14,065 bases of DNA from Candidatus Methylomirabilales bacterium (GTDB taxonomy: Bacteria; Methylomirabilota; Methylomirabilia; Methylomirabilales; CSP1-5). Below, piece after piece: positions 1 to 7,886 of the stretch (the first letter of the stretch is position 1; every line of letters begins with the position of its first letter). Location: the NCBI GenBank assembly GCA_046758505.1, contig JBHIAH010000066.1, positions 1 to 14,065 of the forward strand, given 5' to 3'. The notes below the pieces were generated by a model. That model saw nothing but the letters and a program-made list of their open reading frames with translations. It made no database searches and was not told the DNA's origin. The translations under genes and the position numbers were made by a program.

Positions 1-386
1 AGGAGCGCCACGCGGCGCCGCAGCCGCAGCGTCTCCTCCCCCTGACCTCCTCGCTTGAGACCTTCGACGAGTTTTGGCCCCAGAAAGAAATCGTGCAGAA
101 GGCTCAGAACAAGGATGGCCCCCACCAGGGCCAACTTGGCGGCAAGAACCGAAGAGATTTGAAAGCCGCGGAGGGCCCACAGCATCGGGCCCGTGAGCAG
201 CAGGACCGCGAGTCCCGCCCAGCCCACTTTCAGGAAGCGCCGGCCGACGGCGCTCAGGAGCGCCGTCCGTTCCACCGGAGGCCGCTCGCGCAGGATCGGT
301 GTGAGCACCAGGACCACGAAGAGCATCCCACCGATCCAGACTACTGCCCCCAGCAGGTGAAGGGTCACGAGGGTCAAATAGCCCAT
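1..386 (-). CDS. CopD/DUF4149-like (CopD/HemJ clan) multi-pass membrane protein, 3' end beyond window edge; not in ORF track
   Basis: Manual minus-strand translation from ATG at 386-384, with AGGGAG upstream: MGYLTLVTLHLLGAVVWIGGMLFVVLVLTPILRERPPVERTALLSAVGRRFLKVGWAGLAVLLLTGPMLWALRGFQISSVLAAKLALVGAILVLSLLHDFFLGPKLVEGLKRGGQGEETLRLRRRVAL... It is open to position 1 and shares the HLL.A..WIGG, GR.F, KL.LVG and LHDF motifs with the 1950..2366 protein. Confidence 0.85.
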   Translation of the reverse strand, partial: MGYLTLVTLHLLGAVVWIGGMLFVVLVLTPILRERPPVERTALLSAVGRRFLKVGWAGLAVLLLTGPMLWALRGFQISSVLAAKLALVGAILVLSLLHDFFLGPKLVEGLKRGGQGEETLRLRRRVAL

Positions 387-506
387 GTCCCGCTCCCTGA
401 TGGGCAAGCCCAGGGGGGACCGACAGCATGTCCCCGCCCGGATGTACCGCCAACGGTCGCAATACCATACCACAATTTCAGCGAGAGCGGCCCCACACGG
501 ATTCAG

Positions 507-536
507 TTGACCGCGGAAGGCTTCCAGGCATATAGT
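507..536 (+). promoter_or_regulatory. Candidate sigma70 promoter for the haem operon
   Basis: TTGACC (507-512), an 18-nt spacer and TATAGT (531-536) in the divergent intergenic region. The spacer holds a GGAAG-G-CTTCC dyad (515-525). Confidence 0.45.
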
Positions 537-704
537 TAGGTGTCGTTGTATTGCTCGACTCCCTGAGCGGAATGGACCTGAGGTGTCTCGGCTTTTGGGG
601 GCCCGGGCAGACATAGAAAGAGCCGGCCCTGCGGCTCGTCGGCACCGGCATATCCAGGTCGACCCACCGGATATCCACGCAGTCCTTGCGGAGGAGACGG
701 GAAC

Positions 705-1370
705 ATGACTGAGATACAAGTGCACGGATTCCTCTACTTCCGGGTTCGGCCCGGATGTCGGACCCGGGAGGAGCGCGACAAGGCTCGCCAGGGGGTGGAA
801 GAAGCCCGGAAGGCTCCTGGCGTGGTGGCCCTCTACCCGTACAGCCTGGTGGGACTTCGCGCCTCTGCGGATCTCGGTTTCTGGGTGGCGACGGAGACGC
901 TCGAGGCCTATCAGAATGTGGGCAGCCGTCTTCTTCGGACGCATCTGGAACTCACCGCGAGTCTCTGGGGATTCGTGCGGCCTTCGCAGTACACCGGCCA
1001 GAGCGGCATCAGCGTGGAGGTCCCGGGGGAGCGAAAGCGGTACCTGGTGGTCTATCCTTTTGTCAAGACCCATGACTGGTACCAACTGTCGGCCGAGGAG
1101 CGCCGGACCATGATGAAGGATCACGCCCGGGTGGGACACGCCTTTAAGGAGATCGACCAGGTCCTGGTGTACTGCACGGGTCTCGCCGACGCGGAGTTCG
1201 TGGTCGGGTACGAGATGGATGACCCGCAGCGTTTCTCCGAGCTCGTGACGGCACTCCGGAGTACGGCGGCGCGGCCGTACACCCGCCGTGACACCCCCAT
1301 CTTTACCGGGCGCCACGGCGCGCTCACAGCCGTGCTGGATGAGGTCTTCGGGGAGGAAGACGGGCAATGA
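705..1370 (+). CDS. chdC: Coprohaem decarboxylase (ChdC/HemQ), chlorite dismutase superfamily
   Basis: YPFVK motif (Y117/K121) matches the ChdC Y-P-M/F-x-K/R signature. Also WY.L...ER..MM..H (proximal H140), Gln152 rather than Arg at the approximate distal position, and C-terminal DTPIFTG. GGAGGAG RBS; clustered with hemE and hemH. Confidence 0.8.
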   Translation: MTEIQVHGFLYFRVRPGCRTREERDKARQGVEEARKAPGVVALYPYSLVGLRASADLGFWVATETLEAYQNVGSRLLRTHLELTASLWGFVRPSQYTGQSGISVEVPGERKRYLVVYPFVKTHDWYQLSAEERRTMMKDHARVGHAFKEIDQVLVYCTGLADAEFVVGYEMDDPQRFSELVTALRSTAARPYTRRDTPIFTGRHGALTAVLDEVFGEEDGQ

Positions 1371-1404
1371 ACAACTCCCCTGTCTGCTGAACGCTTGTGC
1401 GCCT

Positions 1405-1908
1405 ATGTCCACGGATCCTACCCTGCTTCGTGAAGTCTTTTTCTCCCTGCTCGCGGAGAACCGGATCATGACCCTGGCAACCTGGGGAGCCGAGGGTCCC
1501 TGGGCGGCACCCGTCCTCTACGCCCGCGAGACCAACCCCGCGGCGCTTTCGCTTTACTTCATGTCCCGTCTCTCCACGCGTCACGTCAGGGACCTCTTAG
1601 CAAAGCCCCGGGTAGCGGCGGCCATTCATCCCAATGAAACCCGACCCCTACGCGGCCTACAGATTGATGGCACCGCGGAACTGCTGCGGGGCAAGGAGGC
1701 GCTGCGGGCCATCAGAATCTACCTCCGTCGCTTCCCCCTGGCCAGGGGCCATTTCTCTATCCGAGCAGTGGTGCAGGAAAGCCTGGACCTCCGGTTCTTC
1801 CGCTTCTCGCCTGAGCGCGTGTTTATCCTGTCGGAGGAACATTTTGGATGGGGAAACCGGGTCCTATTGGAGCTCACTACCGATCCGGTTTCCCCGGTGA
1901 AGGGATAA
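1405..1908 (+). CDS. Pyridoxamine 5'-phosphate oxidase-like split-barrel protein (YhbP-like)
   Basis: MTLAT...GPWAAPVLY, LYFMS...TRH, P.VAAAI and GLQIDG.A motifs of the FMN-binding split-barrel family. ATG 1405 is preferred over 1288, which overlaps chdC. Confidence 0.75.
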   Translation: MSTDPTLLREVFFSLLAENRIMTLATWGAEGPWAAPVLYARETNPAALSLYFMSRLSTRHVRDLLAKPRVAAAIHPNETRPLRGLQIDGTAELLRGKEALRAIRIYLRRFPLARGHFSIRAVVQESLDLRFFRFSPERVFILSEEHFGWGNRVLLELTTDPVSPVKG

Positions 1909-1949
1909 CAGTGCAATGGTTGCGAGATCCGCACCCGGCGGAGTGAGGC

Positions 1950-2366
1950 ATGATCTATACCGGCGTCCTCTTCCTGCACCTGCTATCCGCCGTGACCTGG
2001 ATCGGAGGAAACATCCTCTTTTTCGCTGCGGCCCCCCGGCTCCGGGCGAACCCCGAGAGTGGCCCCTTTGCCCTCCGCGTGCTTGGCCGAACCTTCCGGG
2101 TCCTGTCCTGGATCGCCTTTCTCCTGCTCCTGGGAACGGGAGCGGTTCTCGTCGGCCGGGGATGGGATTACCGCATGTGGCCCCTATCGTTCAAGCTGAT
2201 CCTGGTGGGAATCGCGCTGCTGTTCAAGGTGCTGCACGATTTCTGGATCGCACCCGCGGCGGCGCGGAGGAAGGGGGCCTTCTTCACCGCCGCGCTCTGG
2301 ATCGGACGGACCAACCTGTTCCTGGGTCTCGTGATCTTGTACCTGTCCGTGCGGATGCGCGGGTGA
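1950..2366 (+). CDS. CopD/DUF4149-like 4-TM membrane protein (CopD/HemJ clan)
   Basis: Four hydrophobic segments, HLLSAVTWIGG and KVLHDFWIAP motifs, and a GGAGTGAGG RBS-like element upstream. Paralogue of the 1..386 gene. Confidence 0.75.
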   Translation: MIYTGVLFLHLLSAVTWIGGNILFFAAAPRLRANPESGPFALRVLGRTFRVLSWIAFLLLLGTGAVLVGRGWDYRMWPLSFKLILVGIALLFKVLHDFWIAPAAARRKGAFFTAALWIGRTNLFLGLVILYLSVRMRG

Positions 2367-2384
2367 AGCAGACGGGTCGGAACA

Positions 2385-3401
2385 ATGCGTGACCGAATTC
2401 TCAAGGCGGCCCGCAGAGAGCCGGTAGACACGACGCCCGTCTGGATCATGCGCCAGGCGGGGCGGTACCTCCCCGAGTACCGCGAACTCCGTAAAAAATA
2501 CTCGATGGAAGAGATCTGCCGGACCCCGGAGCTCGCCGTGGAAGTGACGCTCCAGCCCCTTCGCCGCTTCGATCTCGATGCGGCGATCCTCTTTTCGGAC
2601 CTCCTCGTTCCGCTCTGGGGGATGGGGGTGTCGTTTGACCTGGTGGAGGGAAAGGGTCCGGTGTTACGAAAGGCCCTCATCCCCCACGATCTCGCGACGC
2701 TGCCTTCCCTCGACCTCACCCGCCTGGACTTCACCTTCGAAGCCATCCGGCTCCTCCGTCAGGCGCTGGATCGCCCTCTCATCGGCTTTACCGGAGGACC
2801 CTTCACCTTCGCCTCGTACTTGATCGAGGGGAAACCCTCTCGGGATTATCCGAAGACGCGCGCTTTTCTCCACACCCACCCTCTGGAGTGGAAGGCCCTC
2901 ATGAAGCGCCTCGCCGAGAATTTAGCACTCTATCTCCAGGCCCAGATCGAGGCGGGCGTGCAGATGGTGCAGGTCTTCGATTCCTGGGTCGGTGTCCTCT
3001 CGCCGGAAGACTTCCGGGAACGCGTGAAACCGCACCTGACCGCCGAGCTCCAACAGGCGGGAAACGGGGTGCCCCGGATTTATTTCAGTACGGCAAGCGC
3101 GCACCTCTTCCCCCAGTTCGCGACCTTGCCCGCAGAGGTGATGGGGGTGGACTGGCGGGTTTCCCTGACGCAGGCACACGGCATGCTTGATCACGCGTAC
3201 GCCATCCAGGGGAACTTGGATCCCATCCTCTTGCTCGGCAACGAAGAGGACCTCTTCGTCAAGGCCGCAGAGATCGTGACAGAAGGCCGGTCTCTCGCCG
3301 GGCACATCTTCAACCTCGGCCACGGCATCCTTCCCCCCACTGCACCGGAGCGGGTAGAGCGCCTGGTGGACTTCGTGCACGCACAAGGAGCACGACGATG
3401 A
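2385..3401 (+). CDS. hemE: Uroporphyrinogen decarboxylase (UroD)
   Basis: PVWIMRQAGRYLPEY, DAAILFSD, LIGF.GGPFT.ASY, QVFDSW, QGNLDP and HIFNLGHG motifs; 338 aa. Confidence 0.97.
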   Translation: MRDRILKAARREPVDTTPVWIMRQAGRYLPEYRELRKKYSMEEICRTPELAVEVTLQPLRRFDLDAAILFSDLLVPLWGMGVSFDLVEGKGPVLRKALIPHDLATLPSLDLTRLDFTFEAIRLLRQALDRPLIGFTGGPFTFASYLIEGKPSRDYPKTRAFLHTHPLEWKALMKRLAENLALYLQAQIEAGVQMVQVFDSWVGVLSPEDFRERVKPHLTAELQQAGNGVPRIYFSTASAHLFPQFATLPAEVMGVDWRVSLTQAHGMLDHAYAIQGNLDPILLLGNEEDLFVKAAEIVTEGRSLAGHIFNLGHGILPPTAPERVERLVDFVHAQGARR

Positions 3402-4321
3402 TCGGTGTCCTGCTTATGGCCTACGGGACCCCCAGGACTCTCGAAGAAGTGGGGGCCTATTTCACCCATATCCGTCGGGGCCGCATACCGGCGGCGGAGG
3501 AAGTCGAGGAGCTCACCGAGCGGTACCGGGCCATCGGCGGGGCCTCGCCGCTGTACCACATCACCGAGGCCCAGGCGAAGGGACTTCAGGAGGTCCTCGA
3601 TCGAAAAGCGCCGGGACGCCTCCACGTCTATCTCGCCATGAAGCATACCCCTCCCTTCATCGCCGAGGTGGCCACGCAGATGATCCGGGACGGCATTCGG
3701 GAGATCGTTGCCCTGGTGCTCGCGCCTCACGAGTCCCGCATGATCATCGACGATTACATGCGGTACGCGAGAGAGGTCCTGGAGGCGCAGCCGGATGTGA
3801 ACGTACACGTCGTCCGGAGCTGGCACCTCAACCCCAAGTACCTCTCTGCCCTCACGCGCAGAATCCAGCGCGAGCTGGCCGCCTTCCCGCGGCCGGGGAC
3901 CGGGCAGACCATGGTGCTCTTTACGGCCCACAGCCTCCCCGAGAAGATCGTCGCCAGGCACGACCCGTATCCGACCCGGCTGGAGGAGACGGCCCGGGCC
4001 CTGGCAGAGCGACAGTCCCTCCGCAACTGGCGCCGGGCGTACCAGAGCGCTGGGAAGACCCCCTTTCCCTGGCTGGGCCCCGACCTCCTCGAGGTGCTGG
4101 AGCAACTTAAAGCAGAGGGACGTTCTCAGGTACTGGTGGTTCCCATCGGCTTTGTCGCCGACCACCTGGAGATTCTGTACGACATCGACATCGAGGCTCA
4201 AGCCAAGGCGCAAGAGCACGGTCTCACCCTCCGACGGACCGAATCCCTGAACACCGACCCCGAGTTCCTCGAGGGGCTGGCGGACGAGGTGCTCCAGCCG
4301 ACAGCCTCCTCACCCCGTTAG
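3398..4321 (+). CDS. hemH: Ferrochelatase, Firmicute-type coproporphyrin ferrochelatase (CpfC)
   Basis: LLMAYGTP, THIRRG, RY.AIGG.SPL, FTAHSLP, QSAG..P.PWLGPD and VPIGFVADHLEILYD motifs. No C-terminal Cys cluster. ATGA overlap with hemE. Confidence 0.95.
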   Translation: MIGVLLMAYGTPRTLEEVGAYFTHIRRGRIPAAEEVEELTERYRAIGGASPLYHITEAQAKGLQEVLDRKAPGRLHVYLAMKHTPPFIAEVATQMIRDGIREIVALVLAPHESRMIIDDYMRYAREVLEAQPDVNVHVVRSWHLNPKYLSALTRRIQRELAAFPRPGTGQTMVLFTAHSLPEKIVARHDPYPTRLEETARALAERQSLRNWRRAYQSAGKTPFPWLGPDLLEVLEQLKAEGRSQVLVVPIGFVADHLEILYDIDIEAQAKAQEHGLTLRRTESLNTDPEFLEGLADEVLQPTASSPR

Positions 4322-4330
4322 GTCTCCTCT
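4254..4330 (+). repeat. Direct repeat copy 1 (3' end of hemH plus 9 nt)
   Basis: Matches 8875-8951 at 71/77 positions without gaps; the first 40 bp (4254-4293) are identical. Confidence 0.95.
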
Positions 4331-4706
4331 CCCTTCCTCTTACTTTTACTCCCCACTTTCGGCTCTCCCCCCCTTCCCTGCCCCCTCCCCTTTGCCACAT
4401 CCTTCTCCGGAAGGCGGTTCAGAATGTTGCCCGGCGCTCATGGCCTTCGCGGGGCATCATCTCCACACTGGGACACTCGTGCCCCACAAAAAACCGTTCT
4501 TACCTCTCGATAATAGTGGGCTGGGCAAAGAACTGCTGTCCCACGAGTGGTACACTTAGAAATAAAGCATCGAGTTTATCCTGAAATTTTCCTGAAAATT
4601 CAAGTAGATACATTCATCCACGGTTCTGGCACTTTTCTCGCACCCAGCGGTCCCACAATCCGGCCCATACGCCTGCTCAGTCCAGCCACAGGGAGAGGGA
4701 GGCTTG

Positions 4707-5616
4707 ATGGATCCGCTCCTCAGGAAGTTAGTATGGCTGGGTATCCTGCTGCTGGTTCTTTTTTTTCGGCCTCATCGATGTGGTGTATCCAGTTCCCTTT
4801 CCCGCCGGACACGCCGACCTTCATACCCACATATGGCTCTTCGCCGCGGTTGCGCTCGGCGCAGCTGGGTTTTGCTTTGCCGTCTGCCGGGCTCTTGCCT
4901 CAAGGAGTGAGGTCGACCGCCAGGTCGCAGTGCTCCAGGAGCAGCAGCGACTGGCCCGTGAGCTCCACGACGATCTGGCCCAGTTGGTAACTTTCTTACA
5001 TATAAACCTCACCGCGTTGGAACGGGAGCTCGGTTCCTCAGGGGACCCAGAACTCAGCAGGCGTGTCAACGAGCTCCTTCTGGCGACTGAAGGCGTTTAT
5101 GACAAGATCCGCGAACTCATCTGTTGCCGGCGCATGGAGGGGGTGTACGGAGAAGGGTTTTCCACAGCCCTCCAGGCTTGCGCACACGAGTTCGCTGTTC
5201 TGACCGGGATTCCGGTCCGGGTTGAGCTCCCCCCCGATGACACAACCCGGATCCAAGGCCTCGTATCCGCGCAGCTCGTCCGAATCATTCGCGAGGCCCT
5301 TCACAACATTTACCGCCATTCTGGTGCCCGTCAAGCCAGGATCTCCGCCGAGGTGACGGATATAGATCTTATCGTCAACGTTTCGGACAACGGGCGGGGC
5401 TTTGAACCCTCGACTGTGGTGGCCCCGTTCAAGCATGGCCTTCAAATCATGCGGGAGCGAGCGGAACTCGTGCGCGGCTCGCTCTGCGTAACGACGGCGC
5501 CGGGCGAGGGGACCCAAATCACGGTGAAGGTGCCGCTGGATCAGGAGAGATCGAAGTGGAACAATCAGTGCGAATCCTGGTCGCTGATGACCACACCCTC
5601 GTCCTCAAGGGGCTGA
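4707..5616 (+). CDS. NarX/UhpB-like sensor histidine kinase (HisKA_3 + HATPase_c), apparently frameshifted at T8 4759-4766 (intact frame 4780..5616)
   Basis: EQQRLARELHDDLAQ H-box, REALHNIYRHS N-box, SDNGRGF, GL..MRERA and PGEGT. GGAGG RBS plus ATG 4707 begins a TM helix in a different frame. Deleting one T joins it to the kinase frame, which is otherwise closed by TAG at 4729. Confidence 0.85.
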
Positions 5617-6236
5617 TCAACCTGCTCTCGGCGGAACCCGGACTCGAGGTAATCGGCGAGGCCGAGACGGGCCGGACGACCCTGGAGAAAACTCGGGACC
5701 TCATGCCGGACGTGGTCCTCATGGACGTCTACATGCCGGACGGGGACGGCATCAAGACCACCCGTCGCCTCAAGGCCGAGTTCCCTTACGTGAAGATCAT
5801 CGTCCTGACCATCGCCGAAGAGGAGAAGATCCTCTTCGAGGCGGTGAAGGCCGGGGCCCGGGGCTATCTCCTGAAAAAGGTCAAGCCCCAGCAGCTCTTC
5901 GACTCGATACGAGGCGTCGCCCGTGGTGAGGCGGCCATTGCCGGCCACCTGGCTGCCAAGCTCCTGGAAGAGTTTGCCCGTCAAAAAAAGGAGGAGGACG
6001 AGAACACCCCGCTGCAGCAGCTCACCTGCCGGGAACGTGAAGTGCTCCAGCTCCTCACCCTGGGGAAGACAAACAAGGAAATCGCAGATAAACTCGGCAT
6101 CGCCGCGAACACGGTGAAGAATCACTTGACGAACATCCTCGAGAAGCTCCACCTACAAAACCGCGTCCAGGCAGCCGCCTTTGCGCTCGAACAAAGGACG
6201 GTTTCCCCCTCCCCTGCCAATCAGCCTGCCAGATAA
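5556..6236 (+). CDS. NarL/FixJ-family response regulator (REC + LuxR HTH)
   Basis: ILVADDH, PDVVLMD..MP, GARGYLLK and LT.RE.EVL.L...G.TNKEIA..L.I...TVKNH..NIL.KL. AGGAG RBS at 5543-5547. Confidence 0.95.
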   Translation: MEQSVRILVADDHTLVLKGLINLLSAEPGLEVIGEAETGRTTLEKTRDLMPDVVLMDVYMPDGDGIKTTRRLKAEFPYVKIIVLTIAEEEKILFEAVKAGARGYLLKKVKPQQLFDSIRGVARGEAAIAGHLAAKLLEEFARQKKEEDENTPLQQLTCREREVLQLLTLGKTNKEIADKLGIAANTVKNHLTNILEKLHLQNRVQAAAFALEQRTVSPSPANQPAR

Positions 6237-6310
6237 GGCCCCGCGGCCCTTCCCTTCTTCAAGGATCCCTGCGCCCGTCTGAGGAAATTTGCCAAGGGGC
6301 AGGCCTCTCT

Positions 6311-6383
6311 AGGAAAAGCAGACTATATCGGATAGCCGCTTTTTCTCGCAAAATTGTGATGTTCGGGGGATAGCGCTTTCTCT
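6311..6383. promoter_or_regulatory. Candidate transcription-factor operator array upstream of the cyc2-like gene
   Basis: GGATAGCCGCTTTTTCT (6330-6346) and GGATAGCGCTTTTTCT (6368-6383) form a direct repeat. AGGAAAAGCAGACTAT (6311-6326) is an imperfect inverted copy. Confidence 0.45.
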
Positions 6384-6585
6384 GGATTTGTCCAATCCTA
6401 GAGGACGAAGCACCCTCTATCGGCCCGGTGCAGGGCAGTGCAAGTCATGCACACCGTTAAAGTCCGTAGGAGAGGCACAGTGGATCCGAGGCAGACGATA
6501 GAGGGGATAGTGAATCAGCAAATAATGAAACCCAGGACGGTGAGAACGAGGAAGTGTGAAACGGCCCGAAGGAAAGGAGGAACGC

Positions 6586-7872
6586 ATGCACAAGAAATGT
6601 CTGATTGTGTTATTCCTCTGTATCCCAGCATTCCTGGTTTTCTCGAAGGAAAGCCAGGCAATGCCGAACTTTGCACGAAAATACGGTGCAGATTGCAGCA
6701 TGTGTCATACGGCGGTCCCCAAGCTGAACAGCCTCGGCTATGAATTCAGGCTGGCAGGTTACAGACTCCCTTCTGGAATAGGGGAAGCGGAAGAAGCTTT
6801 CAAGCTAGGCGATTTCTTTGCGGCAAGGCTTCAAGAGCAGTTCACCTACAAGCACCATAATGACGCAGCACCAGGAAAGGACTTCAACAGCAATCAGCTT
6901 GAATTCAAGGAATTCACTATTTACCCGCTCACCGGCGCTTGGGGCAAATACTTCGCCTCCCTGGGTGAGTTTTCGATGTCGCCTGACGATGTCTTTGAGA
7001 TCGAAAATGCCTTTGTCAGAGGGGTCTATGGGGGTGAGACCGGATGGGCCCAGGCCAGGATCGGTGTTATGCACCCGTGGGAAGGCTTCGGCGCCTCCGA
7101 CAGACCAATTTCACTTTCACGGCCATTGTTTCAAAAGGTCCCGGCAGTGGGATCTCCGTTCTTCCTCTGGAACTTGGATGAAGTGGCTGCCGAGGTGGGG
7201 TATCATTTCGCAAAGACGGAGACCACGGTAGCCGCCCGGGTGAGTAACGGTATTCTCTGGAAAGAAGACGGTTCGGGCAAGGCAGAGCCCGCTCAGGGTG
7301 GTGAGTTAACCAAACCAGGGAATGTCACTGGGCGGAATGACAAGAGCTTCCAGTTCTTTGCGAATCAATTTTTCGCAGAGGAATCGGCTGTGTCGCTCTA
7401 TTTTTACCGGGGTGTAGTTCCCTTCCCCGACCCCAACCACATCCCCGCTGCTCCGGTGACCACCCGTGATACTTTTTGGAGACTTGCAGCCTATGCGAAC
7501 TACTTCGTGTTACCCGAAAAGCTCAATCTCCTTGCCGGCTATGAGCGTGGACACGATTCCCTTGATAATTCGTCGGTGAGCACCCCCGACGGCGCGCAGG
7601 TCGGCTCTCAAGTCGGCAGCAGCGAAGGGGTCTTCGGAGAGGTGAACTTCCATGTAACACCACAACTTGCATTTGCTGCGCGCTACGACTGGTATGACCC
7701 GTCAAAGGATGTGAGTCATAACAGCCAGACCGCCTTCACGTTTGCCGGCAACTGGCGAATCTGGGGAGGGCTACAGTTCATCGGCGAATTCCAGCACAAA
7801 GATGCGGACCGGGCAGCGGGCGGCACAAATAAAGACGACAGTCTCCAAGCACGATTAATCTTTATATGGTAA
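6586..7872 (+). CDS. Cyc2-like outer-membrane monohaem cytochrome c-porin fusion
   Basis: AAGGAGG RBS then ATG 6586. Signal peptide ends SQA, and the mature N-terminus MPNFARKYGADCSMCHTAVPKLNSLGYEFRLAGY fits the Cyc2-type P.FAR.Y...CxxCH...P.L...G..F...GY pattern. Single CxxCH (6694-6708), beta-strand-like body and C-terminal aromatic (LQARLIFIW). Confidence 0.8.
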   Translation: MHKKCLIVLFLCIPAFLVFSKESQAMPNFARKYGADCSMCHTAVPKLNSLGYEFRLAGYRLPSGIGEAEEAFKLGDFFAARLQEQFTYKHHNDAAPGKDFNSNQLEFKEFTIYPLTGAWGKYFASLGEFSMSPDDVFEIENAFVRGVYGGETGWAQARIGVMHPWEGFGASDRPISLSRPLFQKVPAVGSPFFLWNLDEVAAEVGYHFAKTETTVAARVSNGILWKEDGSGKAEPAQGGELTKPGNVTGRNDKSFQFFANQFFAEESAVSLYFYRGVVPFPDPNHIPAAPVTTRDTFWRLAAYANYFVLPEKLNLLAGYERGHDSLDNSSVSTPDGAQVGSQVGSSEGVFGEVNFHVTPQLAFAARYDWYDPSKDVSHNSQTAFTFAGNWRIWGGLQFIGEFQHKDADRAAGGTNKDDSLQARLIFIW

Positions 7873-7886
7873 ACGCATCGTACAGC

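Noticed and set aside
93..539. 148-aa plus-strand ORF
   Set aside because: Antisense shadow of the real minus-strand membrane protein gene (386 to beyond 1); no recognisable motifs.
705..1370. Chlorite dismutase, implying a (per)chlorate-reduction island with the Mo enzyme
   Set aside because: Has the ChdC Tyr/Lys motif and Gln instead of the distal Arg, lacks a signal peptide and lies among hem genes.
2168..4219. Long minus-strand ORFs 2168..2746, 2922..3386 and 3191..4219
   Set aside because: High-GC antisense shadows of hemE and hemH.
4579..4620. TCCTGAAA tandem repeat and faint similarity to ~9144-9170 (CTG[G]AAAATTCA...TACA.TC)
   Set aside because: Too short and AT-biased to separate from chance, and the offsets from the two hemH repeat copies differ.
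4547..4990. 147-aa ORF upstream of and overlapping the kinase
   Set aside because: Starts in AT-rich promoter-like DNA, overlaps the kinase in another frame and shows no motifs.
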